Shown: positions 17,637-29,450, numbered from the stretch's first letter. The stretch is DNA of 45,855 bases from a virus (IMGVR_UViG_2531839662_000038); one strand, 5' to 3'. A program made the numbers and translations. The notes: generated by a model not told the origin, from the sequence alone.

Positions 17637-18298
17637 ATATCTACGAAAGAATTGATGGCAGCAAATACCGAAATATTTGGGTAGTTGGCGATCTGCACGG
17701 ATGCTACACGAACCTGATGAAAAAACTGGAGACGATAGGATTCGACACCAAAAAAGACCTGCTTATCTCGGTGGGCGATTTGGTTGATCGCGGTACAGAG
17801 AACGTCGAATGTCTGGAATTAATCACATTCCCCTGGTTCAGAGCTGTACGTGGAAACCATGAGCAAATGATGATTGATGGCTTATCAGAGCGTGGAAACG
17901 TCAATCACTGGCTGCTTAATGGCGGTGGCTGGTTCTTTAATCTCGATTACGACAAAGAAATTCTGGCTAAAGCTCTTGCCCATAAAGCAGAAGAACTTCC
18001 GTTAATCATCGAACTGGTGAGCAAAGATAAAAAATATGTTATCTGCCACGCCGATTATCCCTTTGACGAATACGAGTTTGGAAAGCCAGTTGATCATCAG
18101 CAGGTAATCTGGAACCGCAAACGAATCAGCAACTCACAAGACGGGATCGTGAAAGAAATTAAAGGCGCGGACACGTTCATCTTTGGTCATACGCCAGCAG
18201 TGAAACCACTCAAATTTGCCAACCAGATGTATATCGATACCGGCGCAGTGTTCTGCGGAAACCTCACATTGATTCAGGTACAGGGAGAAGGCGCATGA
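17633..18298 (+). CDS. ninI: NinI serine/threonine protein phosphatase
   Basis: 221-aa ORF; metallophosphatase motifs GDLHG, GDLVDRG, GNHE. Confidence 0.85.
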   Translation: MNIYERIDGSKYRNIWVVGDLHGCYTNLMKKLETIGFDTKKDLLISVGDLVDRGTENVECLELITFPWFRAVRGNHEQMMIDGLSERGNVNHWLLNGGGWFFNLDYDKEILAKALAHKAEELPLIIELVSKDKKYVICHADYPFDEYEFGKPVDHQQVIWNRKRISNSQDGIVKEIKGADTFIFGHTPAVKPLKFANQMYIDTGAVFCGNLTLIQVQGEGA

Positions 18299-18918
18299 GA
18301 CTCGAAAGCGTAGCTAAATTTCATTCGCCAAAAAGCCCGATGATGAGCGACTCACCACGGGCTACGGCTTCTGACTCTCTTTCCGGTACTGATGTGATGG
18401 CTGCTATGGGGATGGCGCAATCACAAGCCGGATTCGGAATGGCTGCATTCTGCGGTAAGCATGAACTCAGCCAGAACGACAAACAAAAGGCTATCAACTA
18501 TCTGATGCAATTTGCACACAAGGTATCGGGGAAATACCGTGGTGTGGCAAAGCTTGAAGGAAATACTAAGGCAAAGGTACTGCAAGTGCTCGCAACATTC
18601 GCTTATGCGGATTATTGCCGTAGTGCCGCGACGCCGGGGGCAAGATGCAGAGATTGCCACGGTACAGGCCGCGCGGTTGATATAGCAAAAACAGAGCAGT
18701 GGGGGAGAGTTGTTGAGAAAGAGTGCGGAAGATGCAAAGGTGTCGGCTATTCAAGGATGCCAGCAAGCGCCGCATATCGCGCTGTAACGATGCTAATCCC
18801 AAACCTTACTCAACCCACCTGGTCACGCACTGTTAAGCCGCTGTATGACGCTCTGGTGGTGCAATGCCACAAGGAAGAGTCAATCGCAGACAATATCTTG
18901 AATGCGGTCACACGTTAG
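18295..18918 (+). CDS. Q: Late-gene antiterminator Q, lambda type
   Basis: 207-aa [30 protein letters not shown]..., recognised as lambda Q. Confidence 0.95.
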   Translation: MRLESVAKFHSPKSPMMSDSPRATASDSLSGTDVMAAMGMAQSQAGFGMAAFCGKHELSQNDKQKAINYLMQFAHKVSGKYRGVAKLEGNTKAKVLQVLATFAYADYCRSAATPGARCRDCHGTGRAVDIAKTEQWGRVVEKECGRCKGVGYSRMPASAAYRAVTMLIPNLTQPTWSRTVKPLYDALVVQCHKEESIADNILNAVTR

Positions 18919-18960
18919 CAGCATGATTGCCACGGATGGCAACATATTAACGGCATGATA

Positions 18961-18989
18961 TTGACTTTTTGAATAAAGTTGGGTAAATT
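18961..18989 (+). promoter_or_regulatory. Late promoter pR' (-35 TTGACT, 17-bp spacer, -10 TAAATT) with qut region immediately downstream
   Basis: Near-identical to remembered lambda pR' sequence TTGACT...GGGTAAATTTGAC. Confidence 0.8.
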
Positions 18990-19128
18990 TGACCCAACGA
19001 TGGGTTAATTCGCTCGTTGTGGTAGTGAGATAAAAAGAGGCGGCGCTTACTACCGATTCCGCCTAGTTGGCCACTTCGACGTATCGTCTGGAACTCCAAC
19101 CATCGCAGGCTGAGAGGTCTGCAAAATG

Positions 19129-19191
19129 CAATCCCGAAACAGTTCGCAGGTAATAGTTAGAGCCTGCATAACGGTTTCGGGATTTTTTATA
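19129..19191 (+). terminator. tR' terminator (3' end of the short 6S-type pR' transcript)
   Basis: Stem AATCCCGAAAC ... GTTTCGGGATT followed by TTTTTT. Confidence 0.8.
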
Positions 19192-19586
19192 TCTGTGCAA
19201 CAGGTAAGAGCATTCTCCCTTATGGGGCTTGGCTTAAATGCACCGAGTGCTCTTATCGTTGTGCTGAATTAAGCGAATGCCGGAAGCAGAACCGGATCAC
19301 CAAATGCGTACAGGCGTCATCGCCGCCCAGCAACAGCACAACCTAAACTGAGCCGTAGCCACTGGCTATCCTGAATTCATCAGTGATAGTTACGCTGCGG
19401 CCTTCTACACATGACCTTCGTGAAAGCGGGTGGCAGGAGGTTGCGCTAACAACCTCATGCCGTTTTGCCCGTGCATATCGGTCACGAACAAATCTGATTA
19501 CTAAACACAGTAGCCTGGATTTGTTCTATCAGTAACCGACCTTATTCCTAATTAAATAGAGCAAATCCCCTTATTGGGGGTAAGAC

Positions 19587-19910
19587 ATGAAGATGCCAGA
19601 AAAACATGACCTGTTAGCCGCCATTCTCGCGGCAAAGGAACAAGGCATCGGGGCAATCCTTGCGTTTGCAATGGCGTACCTTCGCGGCAGATATAATGGC
19701 GGTGCGTTTACAAAAACAGTAATCGACGCAACGATGTGCGCCATTATCGCCTGGTTCATTCGTGACCTTCTCGACTTCGCCGGACTAAGTAGCAATCTCG
19801 CTTATATAACGAGCGTGTTCATCGGCTACATCGGTACTGACTCGATTGGTTCGCTTATCAAACGCTTCGCTGCTAAAAAAGCCGGAGTAGAAGATGGTGG
19901 AAATCAATAA
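19587..19910 (+). CDS. S: Holin/antiholin S (dual-start MKM motif)
   Basis: 107-aa [34 protein letters not shown]..., recognised as lambda S107. Confidence 0.95.
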   Translation: MKMPEKHDLLAAILAAKEQGIGAILAFAMAYLRGRYNGGAFTKTVIDATMCAIIAWFIRDLLDFAGLSSNLAYITSVFIGYIGTDSIGSLIKRFAAKKAGVEDGGNQ

Positions 19911-20370
19911 TCAACGTAAGGCGTTCCTCGATATGCTGGCGTGGTCAGAGGGGACTGATAGCGGACGTCAGAAAACCAGAAATCATGGTTATGACGTCAT
20001 TGTAGGCGGAGAGCTATTCACTGATTACTCAGATCACCCTCGCAAACTTGTCACGCTAAACCCCAAACTCAAATCAACAGCTGCAGGCCGTTACCAGCTT
20101 CTTTCCCGTTGGTGGGATGCCTATCGTAAGCAGCTTGGCCTGAAAGATTTCTCTCCGAAAAGCCAGGACGCTGTGGCACTGCAACAGATTAAAGAGCGTG
20201 GCGCTTTACCGATGATTGATCGCGGTGATATCCGTCAGGCTATCGACCGTTGCAGCAATATCTGGGCTTCACTGCCGGGCGCTGGTTATGGTCAGTTCGA
20301 GCATAAGGCTGACAACCTGATTGCAAAATTCAAAGAAGCAGGCGGAACGGTCAGAGAGATTGAGGTATGA
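19894..20370 (+). CDS. R: Endolysin R (lambda-type lytic transglycosylase)
   Basis: 158-aa [25 protein letters not shown]..., recognised as lambda R. Confidence 0.95.
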   Translation: MVEINNQRKAFLDMLAWSEGTDSGRQKTRNHGYDVIVGGELFTDYSDHPRKLVTLNPKLKSTAAGRYQLLSRWWDAYRKQLGLKDFSPKSQDAVALQQIKERGALPMIDRGDIRQAIDRCSNIWASLPGAGYGQFEHKADNLIAKFKEAGGTVREIEV

Positions 20371-20804
20371 GCAGAGTAACCGCGATTATCTCCGCTCTGG
20401 TTATCTGCATCATCGTCTGCCTGTCATGGGCTGTTAATCATTACCGTGATAACGCCATGACCTACAAAGAGCAGCGCGATAAAGCCACATCCATCATCGC
20501 TGACATGCAGAAGCGTCAACGTGATGTAGCAGAACTTGACGCCAGATACACAAAGGAGCTTGCTGATGCTAACGCGACTATCGAAAATCTCCGTGCTGAT
20601 GTTTCTGCTGGTCGTAAGCGCCTGCAAGTCGCCGCCATCTGTGCAAAGTCAACGACCGGAGCCAGCAGCATGGGCGATGGAGAAAGCCCAAGACTTACAG
20701 CAGATGCTGAACTCAATTATTACCGTCTCCGAAGTGGAATCGACAGGATAACCGCGCAGGTTAACTACCTGCAGGAGTACATCAGGACGCAATGCCTTCG
20801 ATGA
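20367..20804 (+). CDS. Rz: Spanin inner-membrane subunit Rz
   Basis: 145-aa ORF with N-terminal TM helix and coiled coil; position after R. Confidence 0.85.
   Translation: MSRVTAIISALVICIIVCLSWAVNHYRDNAMTYKEQRDKATSIIADMQKRQRDVAELDARYTKELADANATIENLRADVSAGRKRLQVAAICAKSTTGASSMGDGESPRLTADAELNYYRLRSGIDRITAQVNYLQEYIRTQCLR
20566..20751 (+). CDS. Rz1: Spanin outer-membrane lipoprotein Rz1, embedded in the +1 frame of Rz
   Basis: 61 aa from internal ATG of ORF 20536..20751; lipobox LVVSAC; proline-rich. Confidence 0.75.
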   Translation: MLTRLSKISVLMFLLVVSACKSPPSVQSQRPEPAAWAMEKAQDLQQMLNSIITVSEVESTG

Positions 20805-21148
20805 TAGCGATAATTTTACTCATCATCCTTCACATCTGGCTCTGTAGACAGGGTGATGATCACTTCTGGAGTGAATCCAGATTAAACATCTCATTGCTGA
20901 TGCTTGATATTGAGCATCTGGCGCGCGGTAAGGGGCTGCGTTGAGATAAGAGCCAGTCATCAAAAACACCAGGATTTAGCCTCGCATTCGCGGGGCTTTT
21001 TTACATCTGCAGTAAACAGCGCATCGCAGCGCGTAACAATCCCGAGTCTTTCAGAAAGCTGAGCCTGAGAACTGCCGTATATGGTGGCGACCATCTCGGG
21101 GCGGCTTTTCTGTGCGAACAGGCTCATCTTTCTAAAAGGTAAGACGCT

Positions 21149-21670
21149 ATGAATATCGTTCCACTGAATTACAAAGGCGAACCTATCCGCTTCAATACGG
21201 ATGGCTGGATTAATGCCACTGATATTGCAAAACGTTTCGGGAAGCGTCTGGATCACTGGTTGTCCAACGCTGAAACTCTCGAATACGTTAGAGCTCTGGA
21301 TGAGGTTTATTCAGGTGAACCATCGAAAATTCTACATACCCGTGATTCCGGGTATGTAAAAACAAGCAAGGCACGAAAGGACAGGGGAGGCGGAACATGG
21401 CTGCACCCAAAGTTATCAGTTGCCTTTGCAAGATGGTGCGATCCGAAATTCTCCGTATGGTGCGACCTGCACATTGATAGTCTGCTTCGCGGTGAACTGA
21501 CTGAGCAGCAGAAATATGAGCAAGCATGTCGCATTCGCGATGACCGGAAATCAAAAGCCAGCAATGGGGCAAGAGAGATGGCTCGCTGGCGATGGGATAA
21601 GCCGGTTATTGAAGCAAATGTCGAGTACTGGCGCGAGCAACTGCAGCTGACTCTCGATATCGCGTGCTGA
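21149..21670 (+). CDS. KilA-N domain protein
   Basis: 173-aa ORF; KilA-N-like segment TWLHPKLSVAFARWCDPKFSVW. Confidence 0.55.
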   Translation: MNIVPLNYKGEPIRFNTDGWINATDIAKRFGKRLDHWLSNAETLEYVRALDEVYSGEPSKILHTRDSGYVKTSKARKDRGGGTWLHPKLSVAFARWCDPKFSVWCDLHIDSLLRGELTEQQKYEQACRIRDDRKSKASNGAREMARWRWDKPVIEANVEYWREQLQLTLDIAC

Positions 21671-22027
21671 TGGCAAACGCAAAACTGCGTTATCGGAAAA
21701 ATCAAAGCATTACGAGAACTGAGCAACAGCTATCCATTACAAAGCCCATCTACGGGTGGGCTTGATAATGAAACCGGAATTTATTCTGGGAAACCAGTTA
21801 CGGCAGTACAGCGAAACAACCCAAGCCAGTAAGTGGGGAAATAACACTGGCAGCCACTGAAAGATGAACCTCCTGCCTTATGGCAAAAAAGATTCTTTGT
21901 GGTGGCGGACTGATGGAAAGACATCGGTTATTGCAGAGACCATTCAATGAGTGGTCTCGACAATGGCTTATACCCTACACGGGATAACTTAACTGATATC
22001 CCTTTTAACGGATAAACGGAGCCAACA

Positions 22028-22270
22028 ATGGCAGAGATTATTCCCATGACTGAAGAACAGAAATTCCAGCTAGAGATTTACAAACTGGTCATGAACCAGA
22101 ACGCAGCCGCAGAAGAAGCATTTCAGTTCATTGGCACTGACGAGCTGAAGCTTGAGCTATTCAAAATTCACTTCCAGTCAGGCGGCGCTAATTCAGATAT
22201 CACGACCCGCACAATCGAAGCGGTGCGTAAATCGAAGGAAGCGTTAGACCTGTTCACTACCGGAGCATAA
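22028..22270 (+). CDS. Hypothetical small protein upstream of terminase
   Basis: 80-aa ORF. Confidence 0.4.
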   Translation: MAEIIPMTEEQKFQLEIYKLVMNQNAAAEEAFQFIGTDELKLELFKIHFQSGGANSDITTRTIEAVRKSKEALDLFTTGA

Positions 22271-22349
22271 ACATGGCAACTCAAGGTTTCGACAACCCAT
22301 CCAAATTCCGCGATGAATGGGATAAGCAAGCAGAAGGGAAATAATCAAT

Positions 22350-22838
22350 ATGGCAGCACCAAAGGGCAACCGATTTTGGGAGGCCCGCAGTAGTCATGGG
22401 CGAAATCCTAAATTCGAATCGCCTGAGGCGCTGTGGGCTGCTTGTTGTGAATACTTCGAGTGGGCTGATGATAACCCGCTATGGGAGGGTAAGGTATTTT
22501 CATATCAGGGAGAAATAATTGAGGCTAATGTCCCTAAGATGCGAGCCATGACTATTTCAGGATTGTGTACCTTCCTTGATATCACCAGGCAAACATGGGG
22601 AACCTTCCGGTCAATGGAAGGTTTTTCTGACGTCACATCACGAGCGGAAGACATCATCTACGACCAGAAATTCTCTGGCGCAGCCGCTGACCTTCTCAAC
22701 GCTAACATCATCGCCCGTGATTTGGGCCTCAAAGAGCAGTCGCAAGTTGAAGACGTGACACCTGATAAGGGAGATCGCGATAAGCGGCGCTCTCGTATCA
22801 AGGAGCTATTCAACCGTGGAACTGGACGCGATTCTTGA
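22350..22838 (+). CDS. terS: Terminase small subunit (P22 gene 3 type)
   Basis: 162-aa [41 protein letters not shown]..., recognised as P22 gp3-like. Confidence 0.85.
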   Translation: MAAPKGNRFWEARSSHGRNPKFESPEALWAACCEYFEWADDNPLWEGKVFSYQGEIIEANVPKMRAMTISGLCTFLDITRQTWGTFRSMEGFSDVTSRAEDIIYDQKFSGAAADLLNANIIARDLGLKEQSQVEDVTPDKGDRDKRRSRIKELFNRGTGRDS

Positions 22839-24312
22839 TAACTTGAGCGACGAAGAGCAAATCGAATTGCTCGAGCTACTCGAAGAAGAAGAGAACTACC
22901 GTAACACACACCTGCTATATGAATTTACGCCATACAGCAAACAGCGTGAGTTCATCGACGCCGGGCATGACTATCCAGAGCGATGTTTTATGGCTGGTAA
23001 CCAGCTTGGTAAGTCATTTACTGGTGCTGCTGAAGTCGCGTTTCACCTTACCGGGCGTTACCCGGGCACAAAAGGCTATCCTGCTGATGGTAAATATGGC
23101 GGTGAGTGGAAAGGTAAGCGTTTCTATGAGCCTGTTGTCTTCTGGATTGGCGGCGAGACAAACGAGACTGTAACCAAAACGACTCAACGCATCCTGTGTG
23201 GTCGTATCGAAGAGAATGATGAGCCAGGCTACGGTTCCATACCTAAAGAAGACATCATTAGCTGGAAGAAGTCTCCTTTCTTTCCGAACCTTGTTGATCA
23301 TCTTCTGGTTAAGCATCACACGGCTGATGGCGTTGAAGATGGCATTTCAATCTGCTACTTCAAACCATACTCGCAAGGCCGCGCTCGCTGGCAGGGTGAC
23401 ACAATCCACGGCGTGTGGTTTGACGAAGAGCCACCATACAGCATTTATGGCGAAGGTCTTACCCGTACCAACAAATACGGGCAATTCTCAATTCTGACGT
23501 TTACCCCGCTGATGGGGATGTCTGACGTTGTTACCAAGTTCCTGAAGAATCCCAGCAAGTCGCAGAAAGTGGTCAACATGACCATCTATGACGCTGAGCA
23601 CTACACAGACGAACAGAAAGAGCAAATCATCGCATCCTATCCCGAGCATGAGAGAGAGGCGCGTGCTCGCGGTATTCCTACGATGGGTAGCGGTCGAATC
23701 TTCCAGATACCGGAAGAGACGATTAAGTGTCAGCCGTTCGAGTGTCCTGATCACTTCTACGTCATCAATGCAATGGACTTCGGATGGGATCACCCACAGG
23801 CACATATCCAGCTTTGGTGGGATAAAGACGAGGGCGTGATTTATCTTTCTCGCGTCTGGAAGGCCAAACAGAAGAAGGCGACAGAGGCATGGAGTGCTGT
23901 TAAAGCATGGAGCAAAAACACCCCTACGGCTTGGCCTCATGACGGGCATCAGCACGAAAAGGGAGGCGGCGCTCAGCTCAAGGAACAATACGCCGAAGCT
24001 GGGTTCGACATGTTGCCAGATCATGCAACATGGCCTGATGGAGGTAATGCGGTCGAACCCGGGATAGCAGAGATACGCGACATGATGCTCGACGGTCGTT
24101 TCAAGGTATTTAACACCTGCGAGCCATTCTTTGAAGAGTTTCGTCTGTATCACCGCGATGAGAACGGGAAGATCGTCAAGCTAAATGACGACATCCTTTC
24201 TGCTGTTCGCTATGGCTACATGATGAGGCGTTTTGCAATACAGATGCGAGACATCAAAGATCCTAAAGAGATTGATTACTCAAGCTACAACATACCTTGC
24301 GGAGTTGGATGA
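22816..24312 (+). CDS. terL: Terminase large subunit (P22 gene 2 type)
   Basis: 498-aa ORF with GTG start overlapping terS; ATPase and nuclease regions; position. Confidence 0.85.
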   Translation: MELDAILDNLSDEEQIELLELLEEEENYRNTHLLYEFTPYSKQREFIDAGHDYPERCFMAGNQLGKSFTGAAEVAFHLTGRYPGTKGYPADGKYGGEWKGKRFYEPVVFWIGGETNETVTKTTQRILCGRIEENDEPGYGSIPKEDIISWKKSPFFPNLVDHLLVKHHTADGVEDGISICYFKPYSQGRARWQGDTIHGVWFDEEPPYSIYGEGLTRTNKYGQFSILTFTPLMGMSDVVTKFLKNPSKSQKVVNMTIYDAEHYTDEQKEQIIASYPEHEREARARGIPTMGSGRIFQIPEETIKCQPFECPDHFYVINAMDFGWDHPQAHIQLWWDKDEGVIYLSRVWKAKQKKATEAWSAVKAWSKNTPTAWPHDGHQHEKGGGAQLKEQYAEAGFDMLPDHATWPDGGNAVEPGIAEIRDMMLDGRFKVFNTCEPFFEEFRLYHRDENGKIVKLNDDILSAVRYGYMMRRFAIQMRDIKDPKEIDYSSYNIPCGVG

Positions 24313-26513
24313 TGGCTGATGATAGAAAGATGACTGACTGGCATCGCAAGGTGCTGTGCAACTTTGATAATGCCTGGTCAGCAACGCAGGATATGCGTGA
24401 GCAGATTATTGAGGCTCAACGTTTCGTCCGGGTATCCGGCGCACAGTGGGAAGGCAGCACAAACGCTGGTTACTCATTTGATGAAGGCAGGTTTGAGCAT
24501 TACCCGCGCTTTGAACTGAATAAGATTGCCCGTGAATGTGATCGCATCATTGGCGAGTATCGACAGAATCGCATCAGCGTTAAATTCAGGCCGAAGGATG
24601 ACAAGGCATCGGAAGCGTTAGCCGAAAAGATGAACGGCAAATTCCGCGCTGATTATCAGGAAACATCCGGTGGCGAAGCGTGTGATAACGCATTTGATGA
24701 TGCTGTAACGGGCGGATTCGGTTGTTTCCGCATGTGTGCTGATTACGAAGATGAAATGGATCCGAGTAACGAGCAGCGACGCATCAGCCTTCTTCCTGTT
24801 TACGACCCGGCGACATGCGTCTTCTTCGATCAGGACAGCAAGCAATATGACCGCTCTGATGCCATGTGGGCTATGGAAATGTTCTCCATGACGCCTAAAG
24901 CGTTCGAGGCTGAATACCCTGATTCCATCGCGGCAAGCCTTTCTCGTGATGACACTGGTACTCAGTATGACTGGTCAACGCCTGATGCCATCTATGTTGG
25001 ACGCTACTACGAAGTCCGCATAGAGAAGGTGAAGCTCACAGCATGGCGTAACCCTGTCAGCGGAGAAACGGCAATCTATGATGAAGAGCAAATCAAAGAT
25101 ATTGTCGACGAGCTGACCGATGGTGCATTCGAACTGATTGGCGAGCGAACGGTGAAGAAACGCCGAGTTTATTGCGGTCTTCTGTCTGGCGCTGAATGGC
25201 TGGAAGAACCGAAGCGTATTCCGGGCGAACATATTCCTCTCATCCCGGTATATGGGCGTCGTTCATTTGTTGATAATCAGGAGCGAATCGAAGGCCACGC
25301 AGCAAAAGCGATGGATGCACAGCGTCTTGAGAACCTGATGGTTTCCATGATTGCAGATAACGCTACTCAGGCTGGCGGCGATGGCATTCCTGTAGTTGAT
25401 GTTGACATGATTCCTGGTCATCTTGCCACTCATTGGGCGGAGCGCAACAAAAAGCGCCCGGCGTTCCTGCCGATGGTCAGTTTGAAAAACAAAAACGGAG
25501 ATATTACTGCGCAGGCTCAGGTCAGCAGTTATACGCCTTCGACACAAATGCCTCCAGCTCTTGCCGGGCTATTGCAGTACACCGGAACGGCTATTCAGCA
25601 AATTACAGGTGCGTCGCAGCTTGAGAACATGCCGAGCAACGTCGCCACCGATACCGTTGATAGCATCTTTAACCGGATGGACACGCAGTCCTATATCTAC
25701 ATGGACAACATGGCTAAATCCATGCGCCGTGCTGGCGTCGTGTGGCTTTCTATGGCTCGTGAAGTCTATGGCAGCGATACGCCAATGCGCATCGTTAATG
25801 AGGATGGCAGCGATGACGTGGCGCTGATGACTGGTGAAGTGGTTGACCGTCAGACAGGGAAGGTTATCGCGCTTAACGACCTTTCGCAGGGTAACTATGA
25901 AGTGACTGTCGATGTCGGTCAGTCGTTCGCTACTCGCCGTGATGCAACGGTTAAGTCGTTGCTTTCCATGCTGGCACTTATCCCGCCAGGAACGCCGAAG
26001 CATGACCTTGTATCGTCGATGATTCTCGACAATATGGACGGCGAAGGGATGGACGACCTTAAAGAATACAACCGCAATCAGTTGCTTCTGTCTGGCGTTA
26101 TTAAGCCGAGAACACCAGAAGAACAGCAAATGGTTGAGCAGGCGAAACAACAACAGGCCAGTCAGCCAGATCCGGCTATGGTTGCTGCGCAAGGTCAGCT
26201 TCTTGCTGGTCAGGCTGAATTGCAGAAAGCGCAGAACGAACAGGCAGCCATTCAGGTTAAAGCATTCCAGGCACAGACTGATGCTCAGGTTGCAGCGGCA
26301 AATGTTGTGAAAATCCTCGCATCTGCCGATAGCCAGCAGAAATCTGATATCCGCGAGGCTCTGAAACTGCTCGGACAGTTCCAGCAACAGCAAGGAGACA
26401 ATGCCCGTGCTGATGCAGAGCTTGTCCTGAAAAGTCAGGCACAGGGTCATGCGCAGCGCATGGACATCAGCAGCATCCTGCAAAAATCAACTCAGCAACA
26501 ACCACAGCAGTAA
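24309..26513 (+). CDS. Portal protein (P22 gene 1 type)
   Basis: ATG at 24309 overlaps terL stop (ATGA) with GGAG Shine-Dalgarno; conserved portal segments (GEHIPLIPVYG; C-terminal Q-rich PEEQQMVEQAKQQQ..QRMDIS) match remembered P22 gp1. Confidence 0.85.
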   Translation: MMADDRKMTDWHRKVLCNFDNAWSATQDMREQIIEAQRFVRVSGAQWEGSTNAGYSFDEGRFEHYPRFELNKIARECDRIIGEYRQNRISVKFRPKDDKASEALAEKMNGKFRADYQETSGGEACDNAFDDAVTGGFGCFRMCADYEDEMDPSNEQRRISLLPVYDPATCVFFDQDSKQYDRSDAMWAMEMFSMTPKAFEAEYPDSIAASLSRDDTGTQYDWSTPDAIYVGRYYEVRIEKVKLTAWRNPVSGETAIYDEEQIKDIVDELTDGAFELIGERTVKKRRVYCGLLSGAEWLEEPKRIPGEHIPLIPVYGRRSFVDNQERIEGHAAKAMDAQRLENLMVSMIADNATQAGGDGIPVVDVDMIPGHLATHWAERNKKRPAFLPMVSLKNKNGDITAQAQVSSYTPSTQMPPALAGLLQYTGTAIQQITGASQLENMPSNVATDTVDSIFNRMDTQSYIYMDNMAKSMRRAGVVWLSMAREVYGSDTPMRIVNEDGSDDVALMTGEVVDRQTGKVIALNDLSQGNYEVTVDVGQSFATRRDATVKSLLSMLALIPPGTPKHDLVSSMILDNMDGEGMDDLKEYNRNQLLLSGVIKPRTPEEQQMVEQAKQQQASQPDPAMVAAQGQLLAGQAELQKAQNEQAAIQVKAFQAQTDAQVAAANVVKILASADSQQKSDIREALKLLGQFQQQQGDNARADAELVLKSQAQGHAQRMDISSILQKSTQQQPQQ

Positions 26514-26603
26514 TTAACCCATAACGTGCAATGGCTGTCTTTATGAGGCCTGGCACCCTATTGCCTTCCGATGGGCTGAACATCGAGTAAACAGGGGTAA
26601 CAA

Positions 26604-27497
26604 ATGGACCAGATGGCAGAAAACACACCAGAAGTTGAAATCGAAACCGACGCGTCAGAGCAGATTCCTGATGATGTCGAACTGGCTGAAGAAGTCGAAA
26701 CAGAAGATGGCAGTGAGTCCTCCGGCAATGATGCAGAGGAAGCTACTGAAACTGATGACGACGAATCAGAACAGGAATTCTACTTTGGTGACGAAAAGCT
26801 GGATTCGCCAACCAGCGAAGATAGCGCAGAGCATGGACTGGTAAAACACCTGCGCAAGACGATTAAAGAGAAAGACCGCGAGCTGAAAGAGCTGATGCGT
26901 CAGTCTCAGAAACCCGTCGAGCAGCAGCCGGTAATAACTCAACCACCGCGAATGCCAAAACTGGATGATGAGGACATCGGTTTCGATGAAGAAATCTACC
27001 AGCAACGCATGGCTAAGTGGGCAGAGGATAACGGCAAGTACCAGCAACAGGAGATGGCTCGCAAGCAGAAGGAGCAGGAGCTTCAGGCTGCCTATCAAGA
27101 GCGATTATCCAAATATCAGCAACGTGTTAAGGCTCTCAAAGTTCCTGGCTATCAGGAAGCAGAACAGGCCGTACTCGAGGAAATCCCCATCGAGACACAA
27201 AACGCGATCCTGTTTGAGTCAGAGAAGCCGGAAATCGTTGTTCTGGCGCTCGGTCGCAACGCTGAACTGCGCAAGCAACTGGCAGAAGCTACCAACCCCG
27301 TAGCAATTGGTCGTCTGCTGGAACGTATCGAATCGAAGGCTAGAGTCATGCCAAAAGCAAAAACCACGGCAGCCACAACCCCGACAGTTAAGGGGAGCAA
27401 CGGCGCAGTAATCAACAACCTCGGCAAATTGAAAGCCAAGGCGCTGGAAACTGGTGACTGGACGCCGTATTTCGCCGCTAAAAAGGCAAAAAAATAA
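26604..27497 (+). CDS. Scaffolding protein
   Basis: 297-aa acidic, coiled-coil-rich ORF between portal and coat. Confidence 0.65.
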   Translation: MDQMAENTPEVEIETDASEQIPDDVELAEEVETEDGSESSGNDAEEATETDDDESEQEFYFGDEKLDSPTSEDSAEHGLVKHLRKTIKEKDRELKELMRQSQKPVEQQPVITQPPRMPKLDDEDIGFDEEIYQQRMAKWAEDNGKYQQQEMARKQKEQELQAAYQERLSKYQQRVKALKVPGYQEAEQAVLEEIPIETQNAILFESEKPEIVVLALGRNAELRKQLAEATNPVAIGRLLERIESKARVMPKAKTTAATTPTVKGSNGAVINNLGKLKAKALETGDWTPYFAAKKAKK

Positions 27498-27515
27498 CCT
27501 ATCGGAGCATTAAAC

Positions 27516-28769
27516 ATGGCTAACCAATTAGCAAAAGACCTTGAAATCATGTTCGAAAACTACGTTGAAGGCTTTGAGGCCGCCTGCGTAGTTTCCCGTA
27601 ACGCTAAAAAATTCCGTCCCGGTGATACAGCAATGCAGCGAGCAGGTGATGTTCTGTATCGTCCGCAGCATTACCACATGAACATTGAGGAAGGCCTAGA
27701 CCTCAGCGGCAAAACGCCAACAGCACTGGTTCAGCGCCTTGTTCCTTCTGTGTTCAAGGAGCCGAAAAACATTCTGTACACTCTGGATGCGCGTGAAATG
27801 CGTGACCCGGAACATAAAACTGAAGCTGGTCGCGCCGCAGGTATGCGCCTTGCTGCACAGATTGACTCTGACCTGATTTCCATGGTCACGCAGCGTGCTA
27901 CTAACGTGATCACAATGGCTGACTCAACCACTGGTTCACAGGGCCGTGATTTGTGGAACTGTGCGGCAGGTATTGATGCCACCATGACGGCGATTGGTGT
28001 ACCACAGGGTATCAACCGCCGCTCTTTCTGGAACCCCTTCAACTACAAAGACCTTGCTGGCGAGCTTGGTCACCGTGCCTATGCTCAGGGCGCAACCCTG
28101 ACAGCATACGAAAAAGCGCAGATCCCTCCGGTTGCGTCCTTCGATAGCTACAAGACCGATATTTCTGGTCGTGTTCCGAAGGGTACAGCAACTTCCATTA
28201 CGCTGGCAGCAGCACCTGCGCACAAGGTTGAAGCGAAAGATGCTAACGAAATGCCAGTGGATAACCGACAGGGGACCATTACGGTATCTGCTGAAGGTTT
28301 GCAGGTTGGCGATGCGTTTACCATCGCAGGGGTGAATTCCGTACACCAGATCACCAAAGATACCACCGGGCAGCCGCAGGTATTCCGCGTTCTGGCAGTT
28401 AGCGGAACGACAGTAACTATCTCCCCGAAAATTCTGCCGCCTGACAACGCGGATGTCGCCAGCCGTCCATATGCAAACGTTGATGCTAATGCGGCAAGTA
28501 GCGCAGCAATCACCATTCTCAACAAAAATGCCGCACCGGCTAACCTGTTCTGGGCTGATGGTTCTGTTGAACTGATGTACGGCAAACTGGCGTTCCCGAC
28601 TGGTCAGGGTCCACAGGTAATGACAGCAACCACCGAGCAGGGCGCTACGCTGATCATGTCTTACGCCTTCGACCACATCAAAGGCGTAACCACTGCGCGT
28701 TTCACCACTCTGTACGGTTGCTCTGTACTGGTTCCTGAATATACGGGCATCGTTATTGCCGGGCAGTAA
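27516..28769 (+). CDS. Major capsid (coat) protein, P22/Sf6 type
   Basis: 417-aa ORF; position and local similarity to P22 coat (for example NLFWADGSVEL versus NVFWADDAIRI). Confidence 0.8.
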   Translation: MANQLAKDLEIMFENYVEGFEAACVVSRNAKKFRPGDTAMQRAGDVLYRPQHYHMNIEEGLDLSGKTPTALVQRLVPSVFKEPKNILYTLDAREMRDPEHKTEAGRAAGMRLAAQIDSDLISMVTQRATNVITMADSTTGSQGRDLWNCAAGIDATMTAIGVPQGINRRSFWNPFNYKDLAGELGHRAYAQGATLTAYEKAQIPPVASFDSYKTDISGRVPKGTATSITLAAAPAHKVEAKDANEMPVDNRQGTITVSAEGLQVGDAFTIAGVNSVHQITKDTTGQPQVFRVLAVSGTTVTISPKILPPDNADVASRPYANVDANAASSAAITILNKNAAPANLFWADGSVELMYGKLAFPTGQGPQVMTATTEQGATLIMSYAFDHIKGVTTARFTTLYGCSVLVPEYTGIVIAGQ

Positions 28770-28774
28770 TTTAG

Positions 28775-28797
28775 GTGGGGCTTCGGCCCCATTTTTA
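28775..28797 (+). terminator. Hairpin plus T-run directly after the coat gene (partial terminator/attenuator)
   Basis: GGGGC-TTCG-GCCCC followed by ATTTTTATT. Confidence 0.5.
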
Positions 28798-28810
28798 TTG
28801 GGAGAAGACA

Positions 28811-28999
28811 ATGGCACGAACAATGCTCTATAAGCCGGGCAACATGATCACCTGTGGTCAGTTTGCTGTCGATTACATCATTGTTGATGACGAAGAAGTT
28901 AAATCTCACCTGAAAAAAGGCTGGGTAAAAACTCCTGAAGAAACCGCAACGAAGCAAAAAGTGGCTAAGGCGGAAGAAGATGGCGAAAACGAAGGGTGA
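28811..28999 (+). CDS. Hypothetical small protein
   Basis: 62 aa from ATG 28811 with GGGAGAAG Shine-Dalgarno; overlaps gene 4 start by 20 nt. Confidence 0.4.
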   Translation: MARTMLYKPGNMITCGQFAVDYIIVDDEEVKSHLKKGWVKTPEETATKQKVAKAEEDGENEG

Positions 29000-29441
29000 T
29001 CTCGTTCTTAAGGCTTTACGAAAAGCCGGGCTGTATTCCAATGCCACGTTGACAGATGCTGACCCTCAGGCAATTGAAGATGCCATTAATGACCTCGAAG
29101 ACATGATGGCAGCATGGCAGGCAAAAGGTATCGAGCTTGGGTATCAGTTTGCTGATACAGAAAACGGCATCATGCCGTTACCTGACGATGATTCAGGTAT
29201 CCCTGCATGGGCAAATGATGGCGTCGCTTTGAAACTCGCTGTGCAAGTGTGCATGGATAACGTCATTCAGCCGTCAGACGCTCTCCTTACCGCTGCTGAC
29301 AGTGCATATCAGACAATCTGTATCGCTTTAACCAAAATACCACCACTTGAGCGGAGAAATGACATGCCTCGCGGTAGTGGTAACAAAAGCGCGTTTACGT
29401 GGAATCGGTTTTACATCGAGAAAGATGATCCGAGTACGTGA
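28980..29441 (+). CDS. Head completion/tail adaptor protein (P22 gene 4 type)
   Basis: 153-aa ORF MAKTKGDLVLKALRKAGLYSNATLTDADPQAIEDAINDLEDMMAAWQ similar to remembered P22 gp4. Confidence 0.8.
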   Translation: MAKTKGDLVLKALRKAGLYSNATLTDADPQAIEDAINDLEDMMAAWQAKGIELGYQFADTENGIMPLPDDDSGIPAWANDGVALKLAVQVCMDNVIQPSDALLTAADSAYQTICIALTKIPPLERRNDMPRGSGNKSAFTWNRFYIEKDDPST

Positions 29442-29450
29442 GGTGAATAA

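Noticed and set aside
18919-19586. Possible toxin cargo (stx-like) between Q and S
   Set aside because: The spacing contains only pR', the qut region, tR' and the S leader, matching the lambda arrangement; no ORF of meaningful length
20960-21256. 98-aa minus-strand ORF in the position where lambda has bor
   Set aside because: No lipoprotein signal or Bor-like sequence; overlaps the start of the KilA-N gene; likely spurious
23488-24153. 221-aa minus-strand ORF
   Set aside because: Antisense to the terminase large subunit gene; no ribosome-binding site; typical shadow ORF
25569-26483. 304-aa minus-strand ORF
   Set aside because: Antisense to the portal gene; low-complexity translation; shadow ORF
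27936-28823. 295-aa minus-strand ORF
   Set aside because: Antisense to the coat gene; shadow ORF
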